A DNA stretch of 64,000 nt from Octopus sinensis (lineage: Eukaryota), in assembly GCF_006345805.1 (NCBI RefSeq), contig NC_043006.1, positions 95,294,001-95,358,000 of the forward strand, in the 5' to 3' direction. Numbering within the stretch: the first letter of the stretch is position 1; every line of letters starts with the position of its first letter. A program made the translations under genes and the position numbers. Positions 25,330-38,760 of the stretch are shown here, one piece after another. The notes beneath the pieces were generated by a model that was not told the DNA's origin, did not search any database, and worked only from the letters and a program-made list of their open reading frames with translations.

Positions 25330-25860
25330 AATAATGGATGTTCCTTAAAATTTCAAAGAAATTTATTTTAATGTGGGGTAGGACCCTCTTTGGCAATAAT
25401 AACAGCTTGAATTCTATGAGACATGGATTCGTACAAAGTCTGGATTGTTTCCAAAGAAATTTTTGTCCATTTTTCAGCTAACACAGTCAACAGTTCTTGT
25501 AATGATTATAGTGGAGGATAAGGATTTAAATATATTCTATAACCATATAACACAAGCCTTCTGCAGTTTTTTCACTTTTTTATTGTTTATTATACATCCA
25601 GCCACGTGCTTTCACATACCAACTCTCTCACCTTGCGCGGTAAATGTTGAAAAATTAGAATGTATAAGCTCGGGACATATACTGGATTTACTCGCGTATA
25701 TATGTTTAATCTTAGGTCTACCTGCTGAAGAAGACTTCCCCTAGCAAATTTTTTCATTTGCTAAAAAAGTCTGAAATCATGGTCCAGGATTTAGATGGTA
25801 AATGTTTTTATCTTTCATTCTCTTCAAAGTTTTATCCCTAATAGTGTTTTGGAATTTAAC
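25330..25860 (+). mobile_element. PLE 3' remnant (decayed GIY-YIG tail plus UTR)
   Basis: NNGCSL...QLEFYETWIRTKSGLFP resembles PLE C-termini. Hammerhead in the UTR. Confidence 0.5.
25721..25788 (+). ncRNA. Type I hammerhead, canonical core, extended stem II
   Basis: cctg CTGAAGA agactt...aagtct GAAA tcatgg TC cagg. Confidence 0.75.
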
Positions 25861-26485
25861 TGGTGTGTCTAGCGTGCAAGGAATCCTATGATGGATGCCC
25901 CTTATGTGTTTAAATGTACACTGTATTTACACATACACACACACACTCATACACACATATACATGTATATGTCTATCTTGTAGGAAATGTATATATCCAT
26001 ATATTTATGTATGTGTTCATTTGCCAGCGTATATGTACATATATATGTTTATCTCCTTCCGTGTTGTGGGTGGATATATCAAATAATGATAGTGGAAAAT
26101 ATGTAGGAAGTAAATATCTGACGGACAAGAAAAAAGAAAGAAAGGAAAATCATTCACAACACATAAAAAAAAGTGAAATTTATATGAGGATCAAGACCAA
26201 CCAATGGTATTTTTGTAAAACCTATCCTTATAGAACGGTTAAATTTAATGAGAAATATAAAAAGTGAATTTGGGATTCTTTTCAAATTTCTCTCCAATAT
26301 TGCACCTATTTGCTTTATTCCCGAAATTATACGTCATTTATCATATTTTATTCGTTTTCCATAATGTTATAATTAGGTTTTCACGTTTGCATTTCATTAT
26401 AATATGGTTGGATTCGTCCTTTGTGTTTTCACTGGTATTTTTTCCCTCTCCCTATTTTTCATCATATATATATATATATATATAT

Positions 26486-26529
<44 letters not shown>

Positions 26530-26644
26530 TGTGTGTGTGTGTTGTATGTGCATGTGTGTGGAGTTGGAATGTGACGTACGCGAAAGACGAACTGAATAAA
26601 TCATTATTATTACTGTTACAGTTTTCTCAAAGATCCGTCTTCGC

Positions 26645-26680
<36 letters not shown>

Positions 26681-26695
26681 TTGTTATCTTTCCTA

Positions 26696-26711
26696 TAATA
26701 TAATAATAATG

Positions 26712-26760
<49 letters not shown>

Positions 26761-26791
26761 TGATGATGATGATGATGATAATAATAATAAT

Positions 26792-26822
<31 letters not shown>

Positions 26823-26837
26823 GTAATAATAATAATA
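26696..26837. repeat. (ATA)n/(GAT)n
   Basis: Direct. Confidence 0.97.
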
Positions 26838-27237
26838 AACCAGTTGAGCATGTCCCTTAGTGGCTGACGATATGTGCATCTCTGATCACGAGCAGAAGTA
26901 GTGGGGGAGCATCATAGCCATGTGTTGAGAGGGATTCTTTGGGGTTTGAATAATTCACCTCTGGAAACATGGGTGGTTCTTTCAACATCCTTAAACAACC
27001 TTTATTCAGGGACCTTTTGAGCGGGATGGGCTACTCAACCTGAAGAAAATTCTAAATGGGCCCCACCAGCAAGGTCATGTGCTGTTTATCTTGATATGAG
27101 ATCACCATGTCGCGCACATATGGTTGTGATGCATGTGCCTGGTGTACCCTTATCAGACGGGTCGTCATGATGGGTATACTGGGCTTCGTATATTTTACCC
27201 CAGTGTCACTTTGATGGCATGCACTGCTCTCTCACTC
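26838..27237 (+). mobile_element. Repeat X, second copy (more 5'-truncated)
   Basis: Matches about 18040-18433; (AAT)n on both sides. Confidence 0.75.
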
Positions 27238-27280
<43 letters not shown>

Positions 27281-27282
<2 letters not shown>

Positions 27283-29377
27283 CACCGGGGACGTTAATTA
27301 ACATGTGAGAGCGATAAAACAGTGATCCGAAATCTATCCTCAAACATCGGAAACAAAGACATCGCATGGAGCCAAAAAATAACTGACAAAGGATTGGACT
27401 ATATCCGAGTAAGTAATTTATTACTATTTTCCAAAGGAAATGATGTAGTTTAACCTCTAACACAGCACAACATGTAAATATGCTTGATACATTACGATCC
27501 ATCAACATCAGATCATCTCTGGCCCCAAACACCATGTACAAAAAAACTACGAACAAATTAAATAATGCCGATATTATTCAACCCAAGAATAACAATCAGG
27601 AAATACGTACTTTAAATTTGTTACACAAGAAGTACGAAAAACTACACGTGCAAAACAATGTGACAACAGAAATGAGACGGAAATACCGATACGACACATA
27701 ACGAAGACGTCCAGTCCGTCAAATAATGGGCCGGACGTGTTCCTCATGTCCGCAAATAAAACCGAAAAGGCATAAATGGACATGTGAGGAATACATTTCA
27801 ATCATACACGCTTACTTACAGCAGTGCTCTACCCAAAGAACGAAAACCCAACAACATATACATATAAAATATGGAAGAAAAATAACATAAATAAAGACTT
27901 GGATACAGCAATGAACCCTAATAAACTAGCTAACATACGAAGATATATTCTCAACGCCAAAAAAATATCAGAAATAGAAATAGAACATTTTTTTAAAAAA
28001 ATGCATCAGGAAAATGTAGATAGAAGCCACACAACAATGCCAAATAATATGAACACTGAGATAGTAAAACGTAACATTCCCAACAAAAACGATGTAAACA
28101 AAAAACAACAGAACCAGATCTTAAGGATGCATAATAATGCACGAGCAGCAGCAAGCCAAAACACGACAGACAAACATACCAATGAGAAAGAAAGCGACAC
28201 AAATCTAAAACCTGGAAACAATGAAGGAGAGCCTAATGATTATGATAATATAAAAAGTAGAATAATCAAAGAACTGAAAACCACAGATCTCAAAATGGAC
28301 CATCGACCATACCTCCCAAAAATCAAAATAGACAAAAAAACAACATCAATTATAAAATAGCATAAACCTAGCCGTCACGGATCAAATAGCCACTGAAACA
28401 AATAACAATATCACTGAGCTAAATGACTTAGTATATGCAGCAGCCACTGCAGCCACAAAAGAAGCTGGATACTCCCTCAAACCCATCCAAACAGGAGTAC
28501 TTCCACCCAAACAAACCCTGTGGATAACTAACATCCCCCCCAAAATTTACAAAAAATGAGAAAAGATCTGTCGATTCTTAACGAAATTAGTAGACAATCA
28601 ACGCTACTAAGCAACAAAAAGAATACAAAAATACTGTGCAAATACATCACAGAAAAAGATTTAGCTGAGATAAAAGAAAAGCTAAAGCAAGATATCCTTG
28701 CTAAAGCACAAAGGATCCGCCGGTATGAGAAAAGCCAACGTTTCTTTGAACAAAACAAACAGTTCAACTCCAACCCCAAAAAGTTCTACCAAGAACTTGG
28801 CAAAAATAAAATAGAGATCACTGCATCACCAACGGCAGAAGAAGTGGAAGAATTCTGGAATGAAATATGTTCGGCGAATGAACAACCAAAAAAAGGAGTA
28901 TTAAAACAACAAACTTAGCATCTGAGCAACTTTGGACCCCCATAAAAACTGAAGAGGTCACCCAGGCACTGCAAAGACTAAGCAACTGGAAGGCACCTGG
29001 GCATGACAAGATCCCCAACTTCTGGATGAAATATTTAACAGGAATCCACAAAAAGCTGGCTGAAAACTTTAACAACATACTGGCAGGGCCAGAGACAATG
29101 CCTGAATGGCTCACGAAGGGGAAAACCATCTTAATACCAAAATCCAATGAGACAGCAAAACCAGAAAACTACAGACCTATAACCTATCTCCCTACAATGT
29201 ACAAAGCATTTACTGCAGTAATATCACAAAGATTGAACAAGCACCTGGACGAAAACAACCTGTTTTCAGAAGAGCAGAAAGGATGCCGCAAAGGCTCATA
29301 TGCTGTAAAGAGCAACTAATTATCAATAAAGCCATAACTGAAGACAGCCATAGAAAGAAGAAAGGCCTCAGTATGGC
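27281..29377 (+). mobile_element. R4/Dong-type RLE LINE, 5' half, broken inside RT
   Basis: KRHKWT.EEY N-terminal motif, KAQRIRRYEK..RFFEQNKQF, NWKAPGHDKIPNFW and NYRPIT. Highly similar to 55718-57340. Confidence 0.88.
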
Positions 29378-29554
29378 TAGATAAGCGAAAAGATGGTGTT
29401 ATGAATTTCCACTTCGGCATCCGAAACTCAGAGTTTTATCTTGGCTATTGAATAATTGTCACATTATTTTACAGATAAAGTTCCTCTATTTACATAATAT
29501 TGAGGTCTCTTTCTTTCTTTTGTTATCTTAACGTTTTTACATATATATATATAT

Positions 29555-29648
<94 letters not shown>

Positions 29649-30014
29649 CATTCACAACGTCCCCTACCCATCTCTCCTCCATCCACGTGACCGGTCTCCG
29701 GCTAGCCATAATCTTTCTTGACCTGACTGCTTGACTGCCAACACCTCGTTTGTCCATCCCCTATGTTCCTGCCTTTAGGCTTTCACTTCATACACGCCAG
29801 CTCAATTTCATTTCTTCTCAGTCGAAAGACACCTGTTGTTATTTTCTTGTTGTTTGTATTCGTAATTGTGTACCATGTTCTACGTCTTTCTTTGTTTGTT
29901 TGTTTCCTTTTGTCTCTGTGGCTGTACACAAATAGGTCTAGTGCTCTTAGCTTAGACTTTTTGTGGGGCAACCAGATCGACCATCTCAAGTGTAACTGCC
30001 CGAAATGGTCTGGA

Positions 30015-30130
30015 CTTTGCGGTTCGGCAAAAGAAACCGATAGAATAAGTACTAGGCTTACAAAGAATAAGCCCTGGGGTCGATTTGCTCCAGCATGTCC
30101 ACAGTCAAATGACTGAAACAAGTGAAGAGG
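30015..30130 (+). mobile_element. SINE family A 3' tail
   Basis: gcggttcggcaaaagaaaccgatagaataagtact...gtcaaatgactgaaac. Confidence 0.75.
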
Positions 30131-30182
30131 ATACATATATATGTTTATATTTTAATTCAGTTAATTTATCTAATATAGTAAA

Positions 30183-30388
30183 GCAGCGGGCTGGCAGAAA
30201 CGCTAGCACGCCGGGCGAAATGCCTAGCGGTATTTCGTCTGTCTTCATGTTCTGAGCTCAAATTCCGCCGAGGTCGACTTTGCCTTTTATCGTCGATAAA
30301 TTAAGTACCAGTTGCATACTGAGACCGATCTAATCAACTTGCCCCCTCCCCCAAAATTTCGGGTTTTGTGCCTAGATTAGAAAAGAAT
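30183..30388 (+). mobile_element. SINE family B
   Basis: Similarity to 22791-23005. Confidence 0.85.
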
Positions 30389-31564
30389 ATATCTAATATA
30401 GCTTCACACATTCGTATATTGCCTATAACATTTTTTCGTATAGACTTAAATCTATATACATATACATATATTATAAGTTATACAAAAGACACTACCGCAC
30501 ATATATTCATGTATGCATAGCTACTTCTATACAAACACAGACACAAAGCACATTAGAAAATAAATTTATCATTATTATTTATTTTAATGATTATCTTTTT
30601 ATGATATTGTTTTATAAAATTCCATTTTTGAATTCTCATTCAAATGTCAAATCGTGTTAAGTATTTTTCAACGGAACGTGGCACGACATCCTGTTGTTTG
30701 ATTGCAATCTTGTAAAAATAAGATAAGGATATTCGGTTTCTAAACAAGAATTTGAAAATCTTAAAACTATCTTTGAAGCAGGTACTTATCATATGATTGA
30801 AGAACAGCTAACTTCACCAAAACAATATCAACACAGTATCTGATATTTAGACGAGACCTTTTTTTTTTAATAAATATTGACGGTAAATATCGAGAATCCA
30901 AACAATGAGTTACGCATTTATTCTGAAAATGTTCTGTGAGATTTTATCGTGAATATGCTAATCGCTGCTGTATTTTGCACAGCACAACAGCTCCTTCATT
31001 ATGGTGTATTTGTCATTAATACACACAATTTATCAGCGCAACCGACTCTGTAGCGACGGGATCCATCGTCTGCCAGATTCATCCTGACGAATTATTTCAG
31101 AGTGGAAGCTTTTGCTTATAACATTAGCGAACGTTTGATGATCCGTACCGATACTTGCCCACAGCTAATAAATCGTGACTTGCATGGCGAACGGCGACAA
31201 CGCAAGATGGCGATAACCAGGATATATATTCTGGATTAATGAGTGTTATGCATACGCAATACTTGTGACGAAACATAAAAGAGATTAGTTTATTCAAGTT
31301 CGAACTTGTTGGGAAGTGTTAAGAGTAAATAAGCAAGGTCTCATATATTTTTAGCTTTATTCTGACAAGGGTAGAGCCGATAAGTTGCTTTAACAAAACC
31401 GTTAGAAACGGATGTGACGACAATAAGGAAATAGCTCATGGATATACTAATTTATATTTCAGTTCGAAGACCCGGTGGTGAATGGTTAAAATAGGAACTA
31501 TACTTCCAATACATTATTTACATTATTTACATTTGACGGATATTTGTCCTCATCTCGTTTGTAA

Positions 31565-31800
31565 TATATATAACTGGATAATTTGGTAGTTTTTCGTTTA
31601 TCTCAGTGTGTGAAGCTTAAGATGTTATTGTTGAACTTGCTTTGAAATCCCTCCGTGAGACCGAATATCTCTTCGATGAAATTGCGTTATTTGCGCTCGT
31701 AGAATTTAAGGTGGCTTCATAGATACTGGCCTGGGTCATACAAGCTCTATTTAGCGGCTCAAGTATTTATTCCTGCAGGAACAGCCGGCTTCCGTGGTTT
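31565..31800 (-). mobile_element. PLE GIY-YIG fragment (Hydra-like, CxC type), inverted
   Basis: Minus, with frameshifts: GCSCRNK...CMTQASIYEAT...GLTEGDFKARFNNNILSFTH..K..TKLSSYI. Confidence 0.7.
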
Positions 31801-31809
31801 TTCATTGCT

Positions 31810-32905
31810 CTGTTGCCGACGAGAATGCATTGTAGCTCTTCGGCTCCGACATACGAAACTCCGAGTACTATAACGACAACTTAATGTTTATCCTAATTAT
31901 ACCTATATGAATAATACTTTATTGCTCTAATATCGAGGTCTCATTCTTTTGTTGTTACTTATTATTATTATTCAATGACCTCCCGTACACCGCAGCTTTT
32001 TTCTCTAAGAGCCTAATACAGCTTGTATTGAATAGTTGCTATCAATCGCTTGAGGAATTTCTCCCACAGAAGAATTTAATATGGATCCTTGCAGTATCGA
32101 TTACTCAATGAAAATCATACCTATACCTTCCAGGGAACTATACTCTAAAAAAAACTATTGGAGAAAATGACGGATCTTATTAAACGTATGAGATGGAAGG
32201 CCTTCCATTACAACAATGAAGAGTTATCGCAGAGAACATATACCATGAAATTAAATCCCTTCCAAAATCAAGGACTTGGGAGACTTCGAAACAGATCTAC
32301 TCATACTTACAGACAAAATCAAATTTCGTAATTCATTTAAAACTTTTCAACAGAAACTGAAAAAGACATTAAAAACATTAAAAAATCCCCCCCCCCAAAA
32401 AAAAAACGGCACTTTTTTTCTGATAAAACTAAGAACGTAGACCTTATACCAACAGTAGTGGCGAGTGCGGTCTTTGTAATATGGAAAGATGTCTCATCTG
32501 GAAAAGTTCCTTAGACCCTGCTACATGTTTAAATTCAAGATCGGAACTCTTTGGATCATGTCCTTATGTAAGAAAAGACCTGTTACGGTTTTGGGCCCCT
32601 AATATCCCGGATGTTGCTATGTTTCTGCACAAGCTTTCCATGTCTTAACATTTTATATTTTTGATATATATTTTTTCATTTTTTATTGTGTGAATGTGTG
32701 CGACTCTCTAGGAATATCTGACTTTCTAGGGATATCTGAAGATGGAATTTTTATTCCGAAATATCTTATCAGGCAATGGATGGTTAAATTACCACAGGTA
32801 TTATTGTCCATTGTTTGTATTCTAGAGCATTGTTGTATCATTCAAAATATATTATTTTTTACAAACAATACACAATGTTTCAAGCGAACTACAATACTCT
32901 CCTAT
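31810..32905 (+). mobile_element. Internally deleted PLE (Hydra-like): UTR, ORF start, ORF end, UTR
   Basis: MDPCSIDYSMKIIPIPSRELYSKK..KRMRWKAF..DKT, then LCNMERCLIW...LNSRSELFGSCPYVRK. Confidence 0.75.
32731..32770 (+). ncRNA. Minimal hammerhead motif, canonical core
   Basis: gatat CTGAAGA t ggaat tttt attcc GAAA ta TC ttatc. One mismatch at the base of stem I. Confidence 0.65.
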
Positions 32906-33661
32906 ATGCATGTATATATTTTATATGTATATGTATGTGCGTGTGTATATATGTGTATGCGTATATGTATGATTATGAGTGTAAGACTGTGTCCAGTGCA
33001 TAAGTCCGACTTTCATGCATACGTCCACTTCTTTTGTGCGGATATGCATATGTTTGTATATGTGCGAGTGTGATAGGAGGATGTATATGTTTATATATAT
33101 GCATACACACACAGACATACACATATATGTTTATAGATATATGCGGGAATGTGAATGTATACCCGCATTTGTATATATATATACGTATATTTGTATGTAT
33201 AAATGTTTAAATATATATGTATGCATGCAGACACATATGTGTATATGATGAAGTTGCGTGCACATATGCATATATATACACATATGTGTGTAAATATGTG
33301 TGTATGTATGAGTACGTGCATGCACATATGATTGCGTGTTTATGTGCATATACATGTTTGTGTGAGTGTGTACGTATGTAGACGTTATGAGCGCAGGATG
33401 TTTGAGTCTATGCATTGTGAGAATATGATTGTGTGTATTTTTTAATATATATTTTTTTCTTTTTCTCTTTTTCTACCTAATAGAGTAACTTCCCTTTTAT
33501 CCAACGGACTTTAATAGCGTCTGTTGCCGTTAATAACCGACGAAATGCATCATAGCACTTCGCTCCGACATGCGAAACTCAGATTTCTATAATGGAAAGT
33601 AACTGTTTGTCCGAATTATACATACATACCTACATGATTTTATATATATATATATATATAT

Positions 33662-33760
<99 letters not shown>

Positions 33761-33853
33761 TATATATGTATGTATTATATATACATACACATACATATAT
33801 ATTTGTGTGTGTCTGTTCGTTGTGCTCAAGTGTTAGTATATATATATATATGT

Positions 33854-34230
33854 GGAGGCGCAATGGCCCAGTGGTTAGGGCAGCGGACTCACGGTCGTAC
33901 GATCGCGGTTTCGATTCCCAGACCGGGCGTTGTGAGTGTTTATTGAGCGAAAACATCTAAAGCTCCACGAGGCTCCGGCAGGGATGGTGGTGATCCCTGC
34001 TGTACTCTTTCACCACAACTTTCTCTCACTCTTACTTCCTGTTTCTGATGTACCTGTATTTCAAGGGGCCGGCCTTGCCACTCTCTGTGTCACGCTGAAT
34101 ATCCCCGAGAACTACGTTAAGGGTACACGTGTCTCTGGAGTGCTCAGCCACTTACACGTTAATTTCACGAGCAGGCTGTTCCGTTGATCGGATCAACCGG
34201 AGCCCTCGTCGTCGTAACCGACGGAGTGCT
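33854..34230 (+). mobile_element. SINE family C, full length
   Basis: A box tggcccagtgg, B box ggtttcgattcc, tail ...gtcgtaaccgacggagtgc. Confidence 0.9.
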
Positions 34231-35903
34231 TCCTTCTATATATATATATATATATATATACGCACACAGGATTTCACGCTACCATTTTCACTTTATATCA
34301 GTTTGCTTTTTAACGCATTTAAGTAAGAGTTTTATAGATATAGTAACCAAAAGCTAAGACATGAAATATGCTTAGAATTTGAGTAGATATAAATTTCAAT
34401 ACCAATAAACATCAGGAAAATAAATATGATTAGAATGTATTTGAAAACGCGAAATATGTTAATCAAAGATGTTAGATAAGTGAAAAGGTGCGATAAATTA
34501 GAAGGCATTAAAGAACATTTGGAAAGAAGAAAGATAATAAAGAAAGTTATAGAAGAATAGATAGAGAAATATATCGCAGACAGGAAATGACAGTGAACAG
34601 AGTTAAGCGACGACCGGCATTATCATGTCCAGTGTTATTAGGTACAGTATTATTAACAGGAAGTATGGAAGCATATATAGATTTGAGAGAGAGGGGGAGG
34701 TGGCATATAAATATATTGTACCCGGAGGGGAGGAGAATAGAGTCAAAATTGTGTTAGTATTCAGAGAATGGAAATAAAAAAGGGGAAATGAATGAATGGA
34801 AAATATTGTGCATAGGAAGAAATATACTTCGACGTTTATATGAAAGAGTTGAAGAAGAAGAAAATAAGAATATGGAGTCTAAAAAGATGAAAATAGAAAA
34901 GACTAAAAGAAAAGCTATAAAGAGAGAAACCTGTAAAGTGAGCTATACATGTTATGGGCAGAAGGAAAAACCATTCATTAACATTTAAGCATTAATAAAA
35001 TGACGAAAAATTTTTATAGACAGAAAAATTCAAATTTTTTTTATCAATTATGAGGCAAGAACACACGAGTTTACAAAAAGAGAAAAAAGTATCAATTTTG
35101 ATAGGAAATAGCATAGAACAACAATGTGCTTCCGAAAATCTTTGATATAAAAATGCAAGTTTGGTGATGAACTCTAAATACTTCAAACAGCATTCAATAC
35201 TTTTCGAAATATTTCCAAAAACATGAAATTCTATAGTTTATGGAACAATATATTCATCATGTGAGTTGAATGATATTCCGTAACATGTATTTATGTTGAC
35301 AGTATTTTATGAAGTATTCGTTCCTTATAAATTTGAATGGAAATTTCTAATATGATACCTTTTCAGGGGTGTACCAGAAGTACGTAGCAGAACAGTCAGA
35401 ATATCTGTGATAGAATGATAATAACTCTTATCTCCGGGTGCTTTAAAGAGCGTGCACTCCGTGCGTGACTGCTTTTAAAATAATGACTGTTAAACACATC
35501 GCTCAGAGTCGTCTGCCATTACATTGTAGCATAATGCTTCAAACCCTTATTAGGATATTAACCATAAAGTGGACATAAGTATTTATTGGTAAAAATTACA
35601 TTATAGATGGATTTTTGGCGGAACTGTGTTACTTTTCGATTGGGATACTATGAAATTTTATTATTAATGCCATTGAAGCTGTCCTCAACATGTCCTTGGT
35701 AAATAATCTATTAGCGACATACAGTTTTACATTATAGAATGTCGTTCGTTCAATTTTATTTCGTTTGTCTATTTGTATAGAGTCTACACACTCTATAGAA
35801 TTACAAATGTATATCCTGCTGCAGCCTCATTTCCAATGTATGATGACATCACGTAGCCAATACGGTGGATGAGCTTTGCGTAGCATTCTAAAACGTTTTT
35901 AAC

Positions 35904-35934
<31 letters not shown>

Positions 35935-36074
35935 CATACACATATATATTTATATCTATCTATTAGGCTGTCTGTCTATCTATCTGTCTATTTATCAATT
36001 AATCTATATATTCATCTATCTGTGTAACTAACTATATATATATATATACATACATACACACGTACATATATATA

Positions 36075-36123
<49 letters not shown>

Positions 36124-36151
36124 TATATATATATATAATATATATATATAT

Positions 36152-36272
<121 letters not shown>

Positions 36273-36322
36273 GCCGATTAGAGAATTGAGCATTGGAACT
36301 TATAATCGGGAGACTAATTATA

Positions 36323-36516
36323 TTATTTTCTACTCTAGGCAAAAGGCTCGAAATTTTTGGGGAAGGGGCCAGTCGATTAGATCGACCCCAGTACGCAACT
36401 GAAAGATGAACTGCAAAGTCAACCTCGGTAGAATTTGAACTCAGAACGTAAAGACTGACGAAATACCACTATGCATTTTACCCAGCGTGTTAACGATTCT
36501 GCCAGCTCGCCGCCTT
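36323..36516 (-). mobile_element. SINE family B
   Basis: Reverse similarity to 22791-23005. Confidence 0.85.
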
Positions 36517-37370
36517 GGGGTGCTCATTATAGCCACTCTCGGTCTGCCGATACCATGCACACGCACAGTACCTGAACTAGTGGAGTACTTAACACATACT
36601 GAGAGGATTTTTCCTGAATAGTTATCAAAATAATTATAAAGACCCCTCGGTAGGTTTTAGTTCTGTATGTCTTCGTAAGAAGAGGGAAAGAGAGTCTGTA
36701 TCCCTGCATCAAGGCCTCCGTGTAAGATGAGAGCAAGGGAGGTTGTTTATCTCAATTAAGTGAAAGGGGCCGAATTCATGTAAACTCGTTGCTACAGTAT
36801 AAAAAAAAAACACGAGGCGCTTGTGATATAGCGAAGGATAGATAAAGGATTAACTGGATTTCTGTCAGAGAAGCACACGACACACTAATAAACGTTAGTT
36901 AAATCGTTATAACAAAACAAGTTTTGTCAACGGAACAAACAAAACAAATTTTCTTTTAATAGAAGCAAATAGTACGGAATACACAAGGTAATTATACTGA
37001 TCAAACAATGAAAGTAAAGATAAGAAAATACATAATTTAATGGAAAAAGTGGATACCGGAGAGACAGTGGAATTTGAAAACATATTAAAAGAAAATAGGA
37101 ATGAAAATTGTTCCATCTCCTTGGTCAGAATCCTGCACGACGGGAGAAAGAAGGATGTGACTTAACAGAAGTCAAATAATCCATGGAAATCTCTATTACA
37201 AATGAAGAAAGGAAAGATCGGAATTTAGCTGCATGGGACTGAAACTCACTTCAGATATAAACTTCATGTATAAGATAAAGAAAAGATCATGTCTCAAATT
37301 CGGTCAGATAATCTTGTGGTCTTGACAAAAGTATCTATTTTTGTGCGTCTGTGTGTATGTCCATACAAAC

Positions 37371-37669
37371 TGGCACTGCGTCGGTTACGACGATGAGGGC
37401 TCCAACTGATCCGATGAACGGGACAGCCTGCAAGGGACAGAACACCCTCCAGACACTTATACCTGTAACGGAGTTCTCAGGGAGATTCACCGCGACAGAG
37501 AAAGCAACAACTCTAGCCCTTTGAAATACAGATGCAACTCATTTCTTCAATCTGAGTGAACTGGGGTAACGTGAAATAATCTAACTCAATGACAACCCGC
37601 CACCCTGAATCGAACTTCGGATCATGCGATCATGAGCCGAAAACTTTGATCACTAAGCCACATAACTTC
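37371..37669 (-). mobile_element. SINE family C, diverged
   Basis: Reverse similarity to 33854-34230. Confidence 0.7.
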
Positions 37670-38559
37670 ACAGTATATCATTTCACATTCACACAGATAC
37701 ACACAGACGCTCACACATAATACGCACACACACACATGCACACATACGTATGTATGTATGTATGAATGTATGTGCGTGTGTATGTATGTGTGAGTATGTA
37801 TATATGTATGTCATTCTTCAGTTTTAGTTCTAGATTTCTTGCCAAAAGAGAAAGAACCAGTTTCTAACCTAGACTCAAGGTTCCTTCATTGGAATTTCAA
37901 TTTCAACAAGGTATTATTGTTTGTTTGTTTGTATGTATGTATGAATGTATGTATGTATGTATGTATTAGGTATGTATATATAAATGTATGTATGAAGATT
38001 TGTGTGTTTTATGTATGTATTCTCATGCATATACTTAAATGCTCATATATATTTAAATGCTAAACTTCTGGATTTTTTTACACATTTTTACAGTTCCAGT
38101 GATGGATTGGATGTGTAGTCTTCAAATTAGCTTTTTCCTTTCTGGTTTTGAGAAGTCTAATGCCTCAAGATTGGTATTTAAGCAGAGTGTTACATATCCC
38201 AGAGCCCCAATAATTAAAAGTATAAAGCTGAACTCGTAATCTGGATAAAGTAACTGCAGATTTCTTCAGCGTAGATATTCTCTTTTTCACTGATCTTCAG
38301 CTTTATGTCAACATTCGCTGGGCAGCTAATTTCCACTACTATATGTATATATGTATGTATGAATGTATGAATGTATGAATGTACACATACACATATGACT
38401 TCTGAGAAGCGATATCCACTTAACCATTTATAATTATGTTCAAACGAACACATGGCATAATATTTATAAGCACTCAGCATTGTATATAACAGCTAGCAAT
38501 AAACACGCCGGCGTGAATTTGCATCAGAGTAGGTCTAGAGTTACAAGAAGATATAAATA

Positions 38560-38760
38560 TACTTCGAGGCTTAGCTGAATCATTAGAGCAACGATAAAAT
38601 ATTTTGAGGTATATTTTAATGTCCAGAGGTTTTAGTTAATGTCTTGCGTTTAAAGCCACCAAGGTCAACCTTGTGTTTTATCCTTCTTGAATTAACAAAC
38701 TAAAACACCACTCGAGAAATGGAGCCAAAGCCACTTACCGCTAAACATCAACATTTGTTA
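38560..38760 (+). mobile_element. SINE family B, highly diverged
   Basis: Residual head and caaggtcaaccttgtgttttatcc core. Confidence 0.5.

Noticed and set aside
27725-27795. HDV-like ribozyme at the Dong 5' region (ttcctc loop)
   Set aside because: The P1/P2 nesting cannot be built. The segment is a simple hairpin overlapping the coding KWTxEE motif.
29960-30012. Remnant ...ctgccc gaaa tg gtc tgg resembling a hammerhead 3' half
   Set aside because: The core and the 5' strand of stem II are missing, so it cannot be supported.
31195-31215. YY1-like AAGATGGCG promoter motif (also near 53943)
   Set aside because: A single short motif with no transcript or gene evidence.
36900-37330. Purine-rich stretch suggesting an ancient LINE RT (also 34340-34980 and 40640-41000)
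   Set aside because: Only faint motif echoes; too decayed to call without a profile search.
38215-38275. CTGAAGA with a hairpin on the minus strand
   Set aside because: No GAAA follows the stem; it is a plain inverted repeat.
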